The notes: generated by a model from the letters alone, not told the origin. Positions 37,054 through 46,548 are shown, counted from the stretch's first letter. The stretch is DNA of 64,000 nt from Thermoanaerobaculia bacterium (GCA_963781065.1 CAWAET010000004.1:139093-203092), one strand, 5' to 3'. Program-made: numbers and translations.

Positions 37054-38463
37054 ATGGCCCGCCCGGATCTGCTGACCCTGGCCCGGATGGAGCGCCGGCG
37101 CGACAGCCTGGAGATCGACTTCACGCTCGACGGCCGGCCGTTTCGCAAACGGTACCGCTGGGCGGGCGTCGACCTGCCGGCGCTCGAGCGGCGGCACGGC
37201 CGCGAGCTGCTCGAGCGGATCTACTTCCATCTCGCCGCCCTCGAGGCCATCCCCTTCGCCGGCCTGCGGCCGCGCCGGCTGGAGTTCGGCTCCTGGCGGC
37301 GGTTCGCCACCGCCGAGCTGGAGGCGCTGTGGCGCCGGCTGCTGCGCGGCGTCGGGGCCCAGTGGCGGTGGGAGAACGGCCTGCCCGACGATGCCGGCCC
37401 GGTCTGGGTGGGCGACCGGGCGCCAGGCGGGGCGAGCCCGGGCGCGGTCGAGCCCGGTGAGGTGCCCAGCCTCTGCTTCAACGGCGGCGGCAAGGACAGC
37501 CTGGTGGCGATGAGGCTGCTGGAGCGGGCCGGCCTGGCCTATGCCACCCTGGCCTACTCGCACTCGACCTACGGCGGCGAACGGCTGCAGCACGAGCTGA
37601 TCGGCGGCGTCGAGCGGCTCTGCCGGCCCGCCCGCGGCCACCTGCAGTGGGTCGAGGACGAGCTCTGGGACGAGCCCGCCGCCCTCGCTCGCGAGTACGG
37701 CGTGAGCCGCCCGATCGTCTGCGAGACGCCGATCTCCATCTTCGCCGCGCTGCCGCTGGCGCTGGCGCACGGCTACCGCCACCTGGTGCTGGCCAACGAG
37801 CGCTCGGCCGACGAGGGCAGCTTCGTCTGGCCGGACAGCGGCCCGGCGCCCGGCGAGGAGGTCAACCACCAGTGGGGCAAGTCGTTCGCGGCCGAGCGGC
37901 TGATCGACGGCTACCTGCGACGCCACCTGCTGAGCAACGTCTCCTACTTCAGTCTGCTCAAGCCGATCTGGGACGCGGTCATCTTCAACCTGCTGCGCGG
38001 CGAAGGCGAGGCGGTGCGCGCAACGCACTCCTGCAGCGTTCGCAAGCCCTGGTGCGAGACCTGCCCCAAGTGCGCCTACGTCGGGCTGGGCTTCCACGCC
38101 TATCTCGAGCCGGAGCTGGTGGCGGGTCTGTTCGCCGCCAACCTGTTCGACCGGCCGGAGAACCTGGAGCACTACCGCGGCCTGCTGGGCCTCGACCGGC
38201 CCAAGCCGTTCGAGTGCGTCGGCGAGATCGGCGAGAGCCGGCTGGCGATGGAGCTCTGCCGGCGGCGCGGCGCCACCGGCCAGGCCGTCGACGAGTGGGC
38301 GCGGCACGCCTCGGGGTTCGACCCGCGGGCGGCGCTCGATCGCTACCTGCGGGTGGACGAAGCGGCAGCGGGCGGGCTGCCCGAGGAGGTCGCGCGGACG
38401 GTCCTGCCGCGGCTGCGCGAGGGCGCCGCCGAAGCTCGCCGCAGGGTCGAGGCCTGGCTCTAG
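37054..38463 (+). CDS. PP-loop-like (NGGGKDS) ATP-pyrophosphatase superfamily protein with C-terminal CxxCxKC motif, function unknown
   Basis: From ATG 37054, 10 nt after the trmH stop. LCFNGGGKDSLVAMRLL resembles SGGxDS, followed by ...HLVLANERSADEG... and KPWCETCPKCAYV. No family assignable by eye. Confidence 0.6.
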   Translation: MARPDLLTLARMERRRDSLEIDFTLDGRPFRKRYRWAGVDLPALERRHGRELLERIYFHLAALEAIPFAGLRPRRLEFGSWRRFATAELEALWRRLLRGVGAQWRWENGLPDDAGPVWVGDRAPGGASPGAVEPGEVPSLCFNGGGKDSLVAMRLLERAGLAYATLAYSHSTYGGERLQHELIGGVERLCRPARGHLQWVEDELWDEPAALAREYGVSRPIVCETPISIFAALPLALAHGYRHLVLANERSADEGSFVWPDSGPAPGEEVNHQWGKSFAAERLIDGYLRRHLLSNVSYFSLLKPIWDAVIFNLLRGEGEAVRATHSCSVRKPWCETCPKCAYVGLGFHAYLEPELVAGLFAANLFDRPENLEHYRGLLGLDRPKPFECVGEIGESRLAMELCRRRGATGQAVDEWARHASGFDPRAALDRYLRVDEAAAGGLPEEVARTVLPRLREGAAEARRRVEAWL

Positions 38464-38512
38464 CCCGAGCTTCTCACCGGCTCTCGTAGCAAGCCGGCGG
38501 TAGAGTTGCCCC

Positions 38513-39247
38513 ATGGCGAGGCTGGTGCTGCTCGGAACCGGGACCTGCCAGCTCGAGGACGGCCGCGCCGCCTCCTCGGCGCTGGTCGAGCTGGAGGGCC
38601 TGCGCCTCGTCTTCGACTGCGGCCGGGGCGTCGCCGCGCGGCTGGCCGCGCTGGGCTATCGCCAGGACCAGCTCGGCCACATCGTCATCTCCCACTTCCA
38701 CGCCGACCACGTCTCCGACCTGGTGCCGCTGCTCCAAGCCGGCTCCTGGTCGTGGACCGACCCGCGCCATCGCGACCTGCACATCTGGGGGCCGCCCGGC
38801 CTGCGGCGGCTGGTCGAGGGCTGGCTCGAGCTCTACGGCCCGGAAACGCTGGTCAACCCGGACCGCTACCGGGTCGAGTTGCACGAGCTGCCCTCGGGAG
38901 CCTTCACCATCGACGGCCGGAACTTCGAGTTCGTCAGCCTGCCGCCGGCCGGCAACCACGGCCTCGGCTTCGCGGTCGGCGGCCGGCGGTACGCCCTGAC
39001 CGGGGACTCCGGCTTCCACCCGGAAGAGGTGGCGTTTCTCAGCGGGCGGGAGCTGGCGGTTTTCGACTCGGGCCACCTCGAAGAGGAGGAGATCGTCGAG
39101 CTGGCCGCCCGCAGCCAGGCGCGGCGGCTGGTCTGCTCGCACCTCTACCGCCCGCTCGACGCCGCGGTCCTGGGAGCCCGGGCCGCCAAGGCCGGCTTCA
39201 CGGGCGAGCTGATCGTCGGCGAGGACGGCATGGCCTTCGACCTGTAG
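38513..39247 (+). CDS. MBL-fold metallo-hydrolase (RNase Z/ElaC-like small form)
   Basis: 244 aa with HIVISHFHADHVSDL and later GD..FH and a C-terminal H. Confidence 0.8.
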   Translation: MARLVLLGTGTCQLEDGRAASSALVELEGLRLVFDCGRGVAARLAALGYRQDQLGHIVISHFHADHVSDLVPLLQAGSWSWTDPRHRDLHIWGPPGLRRLVEGWLELYGPETLVNPDRYRVELHELPSGAFTIDGRNFEFVSLPPAGNHGLGFAVGGRRYALTGDSGFHPEEVAFLSGRELAVFDSGHLEEEEIVELAARSQARRLVCSHLYRPLDAAVLGARAAKAGFTGELIVGEDGMAFDL

Positions 39248-39334
39248 CCCGGCCCCGGCCGTGGCACCAGCACGTTCTCCCGCGGCCTCTGGCGGCCCCG
39301 CGCCGGCAGCTCGGTCGCGTGCTACGCTGATTCG

Positions 39335-39682
39335 GTGACGACCGAGCGGCGCCTCTACCGGGTCTCCTTCTTCCAGCAGGGAGAGGTCTACGAGGTCTAC
39401 GCCAATCAGGTGAGCCAGGGCAACCTGTTCGGCTTCGTCGAGCTCGAAGGACTGCTCTTTGGCGAGCGTTCCGAGGTGCTGGTGGACCCCTCGCAGGAGA
39501 AGCTCGCCAGCGAGTTCAAGGACGTCGAACGGGTCTACGTGCCGATGCACGCCGTGCTGCGGATCGACGAGGTCGCCAAGCCGGGGGTGAGCCGGATCAC
39601 CAAGCCCGAGGGCGAGGCGGCCAAGGTGACCAACTTCCCCGGTCCGATCTACACCCCGTCGCCGCGGCCCGAGAAGAGCTGA
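39335..39682 (+). CDS. DUF1820 family protein
   Basis: GTG start. LYRVSFFQQGEVYEVYANQVSQGNLFGFVELEGLLFGE...VDPSQEKLASEFKDVERVYVPMHAVLRIDEV matches my memory of DUF1820. Confidence 0.75.
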   Translation: MTTERRLYRVSFFQQGEVYEVYANQVSQGNLFGFVELEGLLFGERSEVLVDPSQEKLASEFKDVERVYVPMHAVLRIDEVAKPGVSRITKPEGEAAKVTNFPGPIYTPSPRPEKS

Positions 39683-39706
39683 CTCCCAGGACGGAGTAGC
39701 CGTCCG

Positions 39707-40246
39707 ATGCGCATCGAGCTCGCCGACGGCCACCACCTCCGGAGCTATCGCGCCGGCGACAAGGCGGCGCTGGTGGCCCATGCCGACAACAAGAACGTCT
39801 CGCGCAACCTGCGCGACCGGTTTCCCCATCCCTACACGCCGCAGGCGGCCGACGGGTGGCTCAGACACGTCGCCGCCGAACGGCCCGAGACCAGCTTCGC
39901 CATCGCCAGCCCGAAGGAGCTCGTCGGCGGCATCGGCATCGAGCTGGGCGAGGACGTCCACCACCGCTCGGGTGAGATCGGCTTCTGGCTGGGCGAGCCG
40001 TTCTGGGGGCGCGGCATCGTCACCCGGGCGTTACGCGCCTTCACCCCCTGGGCCTTCGAGCGCTACGACCTGCTACGGATCTGGGCCGGCGTGTTCGACA
40101 GCAACCCGGCCTCGGCGCGGGTGCTGGAGAAGGCCGGCTACACCTTGGAGGGCCGCCACCGGGCCGCGGTGATGAAGGACGGGCGGGCGCTCGACGAGCT
40201 GATCTACGCCCGGCTCCGCTTCGAATCGACGCCCCGGGCCCAATAG
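39707..40246 (+). CDS. GNAT family N-acetyltransferase (RimJ/RimL-like)
   Basis: 179 aa with GFWLGEPFWGRGIVTRALRAF (motif A Q/RxxGxG/A) and NPASARVLEKAGYTLEG. Confidence 0.85.
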   Translation: MRIELADGHHLRSYRAGDKAALVAHADNKNVSRNLRDRFPHPYTPQAADGWLRHVAAERPETSFAIASPKELVGGIGIELGEDVHHRSGEIGFWLGEPFWGRGIVTRALRAFTPWAFERYDLLRIWAGVFDSNPASARVLEKAGYTLEGRHRAAVMKDGRALDELIYARLRFESTPRAQ

Positions 40247-40262
40247 CTCTGCAGTGATTCCC

Positions 40263-41306
40263 TCAGTCGCTGTCGGTCGGAATCGCTTCCGAGTCCGCGT
40301 CGCTGTCCGAGTCCGAATCGTCGTCGTCCCGATCGAGGGCGTAGATCTTCCCGGCACCATAGTCGGCGACCCATAGGTCTCCGTCGCGGGCCACCGCGAC
40401 ACTGTTGAAGCTCAATCCGGGGAAGGCCACCGAAGTCGTAGAGAAGCCCGCGGCAAAGTCCTCGACAAGAAAGCCACCGGCGCCGTCGTCGACCAGTCGA
40501 CGGATCATGCCGTCCGCGGCGTCCGAAACGTAGATCGGTCCGCCGTTCTCTCCCTGGGCGACGAAGTCGATGCGGGTGCCGACGCTGGTCGCCAGCACGG
40601 TCTCGGCTCCGCTGTCGATGTCCCACGCCTCGACCTGATTGAAGCAGCAGAGGTTGCCGCCGCCGTCGACGCGGAAGCGAACCGCCGCCAGCAGGATGCG
40701 ATCGTCGGTCAGCTGCAACCCGTCGGCGCGTACGCTGCGGTCCTTGAACTCGCTGATGTTGCCCGCGCGGTCGATGCGCAGGATCGAGCCCGACGTGGCG
40801 GCGGCGAAGATGTCGCCGGTTACCGGGTCGGCGACAACACCGATCAGGTTGCCGGTGATGCCGGGCACGCCACCGGTGGCGTAGAAGTTTCCGAGCACGC
40901 CTTTGCGCGAGATCTCCTGAACGCCGCCGTTGGGAGTTCCGAACTGGGCCGCCAGATACCCGCCCCAGGGATCCTCGCCGACGTTGATCCACTGCAGACC
41001 GTTGACTTGAGCCAGCACCTTGGTCTTGCCGTTCCGCTTGACCCTGGTGAGCACGCGGTTCACCGGGTCGCCGGGGGGAACGTTCTGCGCCTCGGCCACC
41101 ACCACCTTGCTCGAGCCCACCGGCACCATGCCCTCTGGACCGTTCAGCCCGGAGGCGACCTCTTCGATCGAGAAACCGGGAACCAACACTGTCTGCGCCT
41201 GGGCGCCGCCAGCCACCAGGCAGGCCAACATCGCAGCGGCCAGCAGCCCCGACCAGCGGCGAAGCCGCGCCGTGCTCGGATTGAGACGTTCGATCTTCCT
41301 CGACAT
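40263..41306 (-). CDS. secreted beta-propeller (NHL/SMP-30-like) protein with poly-acidic Asp/Ser C-terminal tail
   Basis: ATG 41306 has a GGAGGGGG SD. Signal peptide LLAAAMLACLVAGGAQA. Repeated ..GDI/LWVADYGAGKIY.. blades. The C-terminus is DRDDDDSDSDSDADSEAIPTDSD. Confidence 0.75.
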   Translation of the reverse strand: MSRKIERLNPSTARLRRWSGLLAAAMLACLVAGGAQAQTVLVPGFSIEEVASGLNGPEGMVPVGSSKVVVAEAQNVPPGDPVNRVLTRVKRNGKTKVLAQVNGLQWINVGEDPWGGYLAAQFGTPNGGVQEISRKGVLGNFYATGGVPGITGNLIGVVADPVTGDIFAAATSGSILRIDRAGNISEFKDRSVRADGLQLTDDRILLAAVRFRVDGGGNLCCFNQVEAWDIDSGAETVLATSVGTRIDFVAQGENGGPIYVSDAADGMIRRLVDDGAGGFLVEDFAAGFSTTSVAFPGLSFNSVAVARDGDLWVADYGAGKIYALDRDDDDSDSDSDADSEAIPTDSD

Positions 41307-41427
41307 GGAAACCCCCTCCAATTGAACCCAAAGTCGGTGTGCCAAAGCCCTATCGGGCGAACGTTATCACTAGCTTCTTGGGGGGCGAAAGCTCGCCCCA
41401 CGGGCATCACAGACCCGCGAGCACGCC

Positions 41428-42168
41428 CTACTCCCTGGCGATCGAATCGCGCAGGTTGACCGGTGACCGCGACGCCCGCAGGCGCAGGTTGAGCATCTCG
41501 ACAAAGACCGAGAAGCCCATCGCGAAGTAGATGTAGCCCTTGGGGATGTGGTGGTCGAGCCCGTCGGCCACCAGCGCCATGCCGATCAGCAGCAGGAAGG
41601 ACAGCGCCAGCATCTTGACCGTCGGGTGACGCTCGACGAACTCGCCCAGTGACCTGGCGAAGAACATCATGAAGCCGACCGCGATGACGATCGCGATCAC
41701 CATGATCGGCACCTCCTTGACCATGCCGACGGCCGTGATCACCGAGTCGAGCGAGAAGACGATGTCGAGCAGGGTCACCTGCACCAGGGTGGCGCCGAAG
41801 GCGGCCTTGACCTTGGACGAGGTCGACCCTTCGACGCCCTCGAGCTTGTTGTGGATCTCGTGCGTCGCCTTGGCGAGCAGGAACAGGCCGCCGACGATGA
41901 GAATCAGGTCGCGACCCGAGATCTCGTTGCCGAAGACGGTGAACCAGGGCGAGGTCAGCCGGATGATCCAGGCGAGCGAGATGAGCAGCAGGATGCGCAT
42001 CCCCATCGCCAGGCCGAGCCCGATCAGCCGCGCCGACTGGCGCTGATGCTCGGGCAGCCTGCCGGTGAGGATCGAGATGAAGATGATGTTGTCGACCCCG
42101 AGAACGATCTCGAGGACGGTCAGGGTGACGAGGGCGATCCAGGCTTGTGGGTCGCTGATCCATTCCAT
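41428..42168 (-). CDS. TerC-family integral membrane protein
   Basis: From ATG 42168 (AAGGAG SD): MEWISDPQAWIALVTLTVLEIVLGVDNIIFISIL... and a second FSLDSVITAVG motif. The track ORF 41428..42543 is over-extended. Confidence 0.85.
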   Translation of the reverse strand: MEWISDPQAWIALVTLTVLEIVLGVDNIIFISILTGRLPEHQRQSARLIGLGLAMGMRILLLISLAWIIRLTSPWFTVFGNEISGRDLILIVGGLFLLAKATHEIHNKLEGVEGSTSSKVKAAFGATLVQVTLLDIVFSLDSVITAVGMVKEVPIMVIAIVIAVGFMMFFARSLGEFVERHPTVKMLALSFLLLIGMALVADGLDHHIPKGYIYFAMGFSVFVEMLNLRLRASRSPVNLRDSIARE

Positions 42169-42325
42169 TTTCGCGGTCTCCTTGCTCGAACAACGAACTC
42201 TACCAGCGGCGCCGGGACCTCTCCCCGCGGCGCTATGGCAGGCCCGCCGGCCGTGTACTATCCTGCCCCCTCGCCGGTGGGTGGTCACGGCGTGACTCCG
42301 ACCGGTCTCCCCCCAGGAAAGACGT

Positions 42326-43468
42326 ATGGATTTCGCATGGAGCGCTGATCGACTCGAGCTGCGGCGTGGCGCCGTGGAGTTCGCCTCGCGCCGGCTGGCC
42401 GAGGGGACGATCGAGCGCGACCGCGAGGGCCTCTTCCCGCGCCCGCTCTGGGATGCCTGCGCCGAGTTCGGGCTGCAGGGGATGCTGGTGCCGGAGCGCT
42501 GGGGCGGCGGCGGCCACGACCTGCTCTCGGCCGTCGCCATCATGGAGGGGGTCGGCTACGGCGCGCGCGACAACGGCATCGTCTTCTCGGTCGCCTCCCA
42601 CGCCGCCTCCTGCGAGGGCCCGGTGGCGGCCTTTGGCAGCGCGGAGCAGCGAGACGAGTGGCTGCCGCGGCTGGCCGACGGCTCGGCGATCGGCGCCACC
42701 GGCATCACCGAGCCCGAGTCGGGCTCGGACGCCCTGGGGCTGGCGACGGCCGCCGTCGCCAGCGGCGACGGCTGGGTTCTCGACGGCTCCAAGACCTTCG
42801 TCACCAACGCGCCGGTGGCGGACGTGTTCGTCATCTACGCGCGCACCGGCGGCACCGGGTTCTCGGGCCTGACCTGCTTCCTGGTGCCGCGCGACACCGA
42901 GGGGCTGACGATCGGGCCGCCGATGGAGAAGATGGGGCTGCGCACCAGCCCGATCTCGCAGCTCTACCTCGAGCGGTGCCGGGTGCCCGCCGCCGCCGTG
43001 GTGGGCGGGGTCGGCTCCGGGGCGATGGTCTTCAACCAGACGATGGACGTCGAGCGGCTGCTGGTGATGGCGCCGGCGATCGGCGTCATGGAACGGCTGC
43101 TCGAGCGCTGCGTCGAGCACGCCCGGCAGCGCACCACGGGCGCGGTGCCGATCGGCAAGCACCAGTCGATCTCGCACCGCATCGCCGACATGGAACTGGC
43201 GCTCGAAGCCTCCCGGCTGCTGCTCTACCGGGCCGCCTGGCTGCGGGCGCGCCGCGGCAGCGCGACCCGGGAGTCCGCCATGGCCAAGCTCGCCGTCAGC
43301 GAGGCCTACGTCGACTGCTGTCGCAGCGCCATCCAGATCTTCGGCGGCTACGGCTACATGGTCGACTACGAGCTCGAGCGCGAGCTGCGCGACGCGCTCG
43401 CCACGACCCTCTACGTGGGCACCTCCGAGATCCAGCGCAACCTGATCGCCGGACTGCGAGGACTGTGA
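42326..43468 (+). CDS. acyl-CoA / acyl-carrier-protein dehydrogenase family flavoprotein
   Basis: 380 aa: GITEPESGSDA, KTFVTNA, QIFGGYGY, and a C-terminal catalytic-Glu context YVGTSEIQRNLI. The stop overlaps the next ATG (TGATG). Confidence 0.85.
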   Translation: MDFAWSADRLELRRGAVEFASRRLAEGTIERDREGLFPRPLWDACAEFGLQGMLVPERWGGGGHDLLSAVAIMEGVGYGARDNGIVFSVASHAASCEGPVAAFGSAEQRDEWLPRLADGSAIGATGITEPESGSDALGLATAAVASGDGWVLDGSKTFVTNAPVADVFVIYARTGGTGFSGLTCFLVPRDTEGLTIGPPMEKMGLRTSPISQLYLERCRVPAAAVVGGVGSGAMVFNQTMDVERLLVMAPAIGVMERLLERCVEHARQRTTGAVPIGKHQSISHRIADMELALEASRLLLYRAAWLRARRGSATRESAMAKLAVSEAYVDCCRSAIQIFGGYGYMVDYELERELRDALATTLYVGTSEIQRNLIAGLRGL

Positions 43469-44658
43469 TGAAGAAAGGCTGGATCAGCCTCGTCCTGCTG
43501 CTCACCGCCTTCGGGTCAACCGCGGCACAGGCCCACCGGCTCGGCGACAGCTATCTCTATCTGCAGATCTACGAGGACTCCGTCACCGGGCGCTTCGAGA
43601 TCGCGCTGTCGGACCTCAACCCGGCCCTGGGCCTGAGCGGCACCGAGCGGGAGATCACGCCGGAGAACCTCGACGACAGGATCGGCTTCCTGCGCCAGTA
43701 CTACCTCGAGCACGTCTCCATCGCCGACGATCGCGGGCCCTTGTCGATCGAGTTCACCGGCTACGACCTGCTCAACGCGCAGGGCGGCTTCTTGCGACTG
43801 CCGTTCGCCCTCGGCGGCCGCGACGAGGTGCCCGAGAGCCTGACCTTCGACTACTCGGTGCTGTTCGACGAAGAGCCGGACCACCGCGGCTTCCTCATCG
43901 TCGAGCACAACTGGGCCACCGGCACCTTCGCCAACGAGAGCGGCATCTCCCTGGTGTTCAGCCCGGCGTCACGCCGCCAGGAGTTCGATCTGACCTCCTC
44001 CGGCCGGCTGCGCGGCTTTCTGGCGGTCGTCGGGCTCGGTGCCGAGCACCTGCTGCTGGGAGTCGATCACGTCATGTTCCTGCTGGCGCTGCTGCTGCCG
44101 GTGGCGCTGCGACGCGAGGCGGGGCGCTGGCAGCCGGTCGAGCGCTTCCGGCCGGCGCTGGGCCACGCCGTGACCATTGCGACGGCCTTCCTGGTCGCGC
44201 ACACCGTCGCCCTCAGCCTGGCCGCGCTGGACCTGGTCCGCCTGCCGGAAGCGCTGGTGGAGACGGCGATCGCCGCCTCCACCACGCTGGCGGCGGTCCA
44301 CCTCCTGCGGCCGATCTTCCGCCGGCACCTCTGGTGGATCGTCTTCGGCCTCAGCCTGTTCCACGGCTTCGGCTTTGCCGCCGGGCTCGAGGACCTGGGC
44401 GTTCTCGAGCACCATATGGGCCTTTCGATCCTGGCCTTCAACCTGGGAGCAGAGGTCGGCCAGATCGCCCTCGTGGCGCTGCTGACGCCGGTGCTGTTCC
44501 TGATCCGCCGGCGGCGGCTCTACTCGCGGCTGCTGCTGCCGGTGGCGGCGGTGGGGATGATCCTGGTCTCCGGGGTGTGGGTCATCGAGCGGGCATTCGG
44601 CGTCGACATCCCGCTGCGCGAGCTGCTGCCGGTCGCCGTCCAGAGGGTGCTGCCGTGA
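43468..44658 (+). CDS. HupE/UreJ-like membrane protein with N-terminal periplasmic domain
   Basis: Signal peptide ..AFGSTAAQA|HRLGDSY gives a mature N-terminal His. The C-terminal 6-TM region has GAEHLLLGVDHVMFLLALL and FHGFGFA. Translationally coupled on both sides. Confidence 0.7.
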   Translation: MKKGWISLVLLLTAFGSTAAQAHRLGDSYLYLQIYEDSVTGRFEIALSDLNPALGLSGTEREITPENLDDRIGFLRQYYLEHVSIADDRGPLSIEFTGYDLLNAQGGFLRLPFALGGRDEVPESLTFDYSVLFDEEPDHRGFLIVEHNWATGTFANESGISLVFSPASRRQEFDLTSSGRLRGFLAVVGLGAEHLLLGVDHVMFLLALLLPVALRREAGRWQPVERFRPALGHAVTIATAFLVAHTVALSLAALDLVRLPEALVETAIAASTTLAAVHLLRPIFRRHLWWIVFGLSLFHGFGFAAGLEDLGVLEHHMGLSILAFNLGAEVGQIALVALLTPVLFLIRRRRLYSRLLLPVAAVGMILVSGVWVIERAFGVDIPLRELLPVAVQRVLP

Positions 44659-46277
44659 CGACCCGGGGGCGCGGGCCCGCCCTGCTGCACCAGTTGCTCG
44701 CGCGGGCGGCCGAGCGCCGCCCCGAGGCGATGGCGATCCGCGGCGACGGCGAGGGCCTCACCTACGAACAGCTCGCCCGCCGCGCCAACGGCCTGGCCCG
44801 GGTGCTGCTCGACACCGGCCTCGAGCGGCGGGCCCGGGTGGCGGTGCTGCTGGGCCGGGGCCTCGAGGTGCCGGTGGCCTTCTACGGCGCGCTGGCCGCG
44901 GGCGGCGCCCTGGTACCGATCGACCCGAAGTCCCCGGCCGAGCAGGTCATCCGCATCGTCCGCGCGACCGGCGCCACTCATCTCGTCTCGCAGCCGGCAA
45001 AGCGGGAACTGGTTCGCGCGACGCTCGCAGCCTGCCCGGAGGTGTCGCGGGTGATCGGTCTCGAGCCCGACGACGAGCTGCCGTCGGCTTCGGTGCCATG
45101 GTCGGTCGTGGATGCGGAGGCCGCCGACTCGCCGCCGGCGGTGGCGACGATCGCTCTCGACCCCGCCTACATCCTCCACACCTCGGGGTCGACCGGCATA
45201 CCCAAGCTGATCCTGCACACTCACGCGAGCGCCACGAGCTTCGTCGACTGGGCGGTTGCGGAGTACGGCCTGCGGCCCGAGGACCGGCTGAGCAACCACT
45301 CCTCGCACCACACCTGCTTCGCCACCTTCGACTACTACGCCGCCGCCGCCGCCGGCGCCGCCACCGTCCTGCTGACCCCGGCGGCGCTGATGATGCCGGG
45401 CTCGCTGTCGGCGCTGCTCGAGCGGCAGCGGGTCTCGGTCTGGTACTCGGTGCCCACGGCGCTGGTCCACCTCTCGCTGCGCGGCGATCTCGAGGCCAGG
45501 GACCTGAGCTCGATCCGCTGGGTGCTGTTCGCCGGCGAGACCTTTCCCGGCAAGCATCTGCGGCGGATCATGCGGCAGCTGCCCGCGGCCCGTTTCAGCC
45601 ACGTCTACGGCTCGACCGAGGTCAACGTCTGCACCTACCACCACCTCGGCGGGCCGGCCGAGCTGGTCGAGCCGCTGCCGATCGGCCGGGCCTGCTCGAC
45701 GTCGAGCACCCTGGTGGTGGACGACGAGCTCCAGCCGGTGCCCAACGGCGAGGTCGGCGAGCTTCTGGTGCGGGGATCGACCGTCATGTCGGGCTACTGG
45801 GGCGACTCCGCGGCCAGCCGCCGCGCCCTTCTCCGGCGGCCGGCGGCCGGCGGCTTCGAGGAGGTCTACTTTCGCACCGGCGACCGGGTGAAGGCGCTCG
45901 CGAGCGGCGACCTGACCTTCGTCGCCCGGGCCGACTTCCAGGTCAAGGTGCGCGGCCACCGCGTCGAGCTGGAGGAGGTCGAGACCGCCCTGCTCTCCCT
46001 CGACCCGGTAGAGGAGGCCGCCGTCTTCACGGTGGAGGACGGCGAGGGAAGCCTCGCTATGCGTGCCGCGGTGGTGCTCGCGGCCGGCGAGGAGATGTCG
46101 GCGGCCGAGCTACGCGCCGGGCTGGCGAAGATCCTCCCCGCCCACGCGGTACCGGCCGAGATCGCCGCCCGGCCGGGCCTGCCGCGCACGCCGACCGGCA
46201 AGATCGACCGCGCGGCCCTGGGTGGGCGGCCCCTTGGTGGGCGACTGAGGCAGGAGGAGGGTGGCAATGGGATCTGA
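44655..46277 (+). CDS. stand-alone adenylation enzyme (ANL superfamily, amino-acid/aryl-acid activating)
   Basis: GTG 44655 overlaps the upstream stop (GTGA). Motifs ILHTSGSTGIPK, YGSTE, FRTGD, VKVRGHRVELEEVE, PTGKIDRAAL. No C or T domain. Confidence 0.85.
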   Translation: MTTRGRGPALLHQLLARAAERRPEAMAIRGDGEGLTYEQLARRANGLARVLLDTGLERRARVAVLLGRGLEVPVAFYGALAAGGALVPIDPKSPAEQVIRIVRATGATHLVSQPAKRELVRATLAACPEVSRVIGLEPDDELPSASVPWSVVDAEAADSPPAVATIALDPAYILHTSGSTGIPKLILHTHASATSFVDWAVAEYGLRPEDRLSNHSSHHTCFATFDYYAAAAAGAATVLLTPAALMMPGSLSALLERQRVSVWYSVPTALVHLSLRGDLEARDLSSIRWVLFAGETFPGKHLRRIMRQLPAARFSHVYGSTEVNVCTYHHLGGPAELVEPLPIGRACSTSSTLVVDDELQPVPNGEVGELLVRGSTVMSGYWGDSAASRRALLRRPAAGGFEEVYFRTGDRVKALASGDLTFVARADFQVKVRGHRVELEEVETALLSLDPVEEAAVFTVEDGEGSLAMRAAVVLAAGEEMSAAELRAGLAKILPAHAVPAEIAARPGLPRTPTGKIDRAALGGRPLGGRLRQEEGGNGI

Positions 46278-46548
46278 GAGCGGACCGGTCGGCCCGGTCC
46301 GCCAGATCGAGGATCGGCTCACCGAGTTCATCCAGCGCGAGCTGCTGGGCCCGGGTGCGATGATCGATCGCCAGGCCGACCTGCTGTCCGGCGAGCTGCT
46401 CGACTCGGTGGCGGTCCTGCGCCTGGCGGCCTTCGTCGAGGAGGAGCTCGGGGTGGCCATGCAGCCGGCCGACTTCGTGGTCGAGAACTTCCAGAACGTA
46501 GCGGTGCTCGCCGAGTTCGTTCGCCGGTCGAGCGCCCCGTCGGGCTGA
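46261..46548 (+). CDS. stand-alone acyl/peptidyl carrier protein
   Basis: 95 aa; GELLDSVAVLRLAAFVEEE gives the Ser attachment context. Overlaps the 3' end of the A gene. The stop lies 2 nt before the NRPS ATG. Confidence 0.75.
   Translation: MAMGSESGPVGPVRQIEDRLTEFIQRELLGPGAMIDRQADLLSGELLDSVAVLRLAAFVEEELGVAMQPADFVVENFQNVAVLAEFVRRSSAPSG

Noticed and set aside
42169-42325. A candidate yybP-ykoY (Mn2+) riboswitch in the TerC leader. The reverse strand contains GGGGAGAGG ... GAGCAAGGAGACCGCG just upstream of the ATG, and TerC genes are frequent targets of this riboswitch.
   Set aside because: Only ~45 nt separate the two motif-like strings, which is too short for the four-helix architecture as I remember it. 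GGGGAGAGG differs from the conserved GGGGAGUAG, and AAGGAG is adequately explained as the SD. An Infernal scan with RF00080 is needed before any claim.
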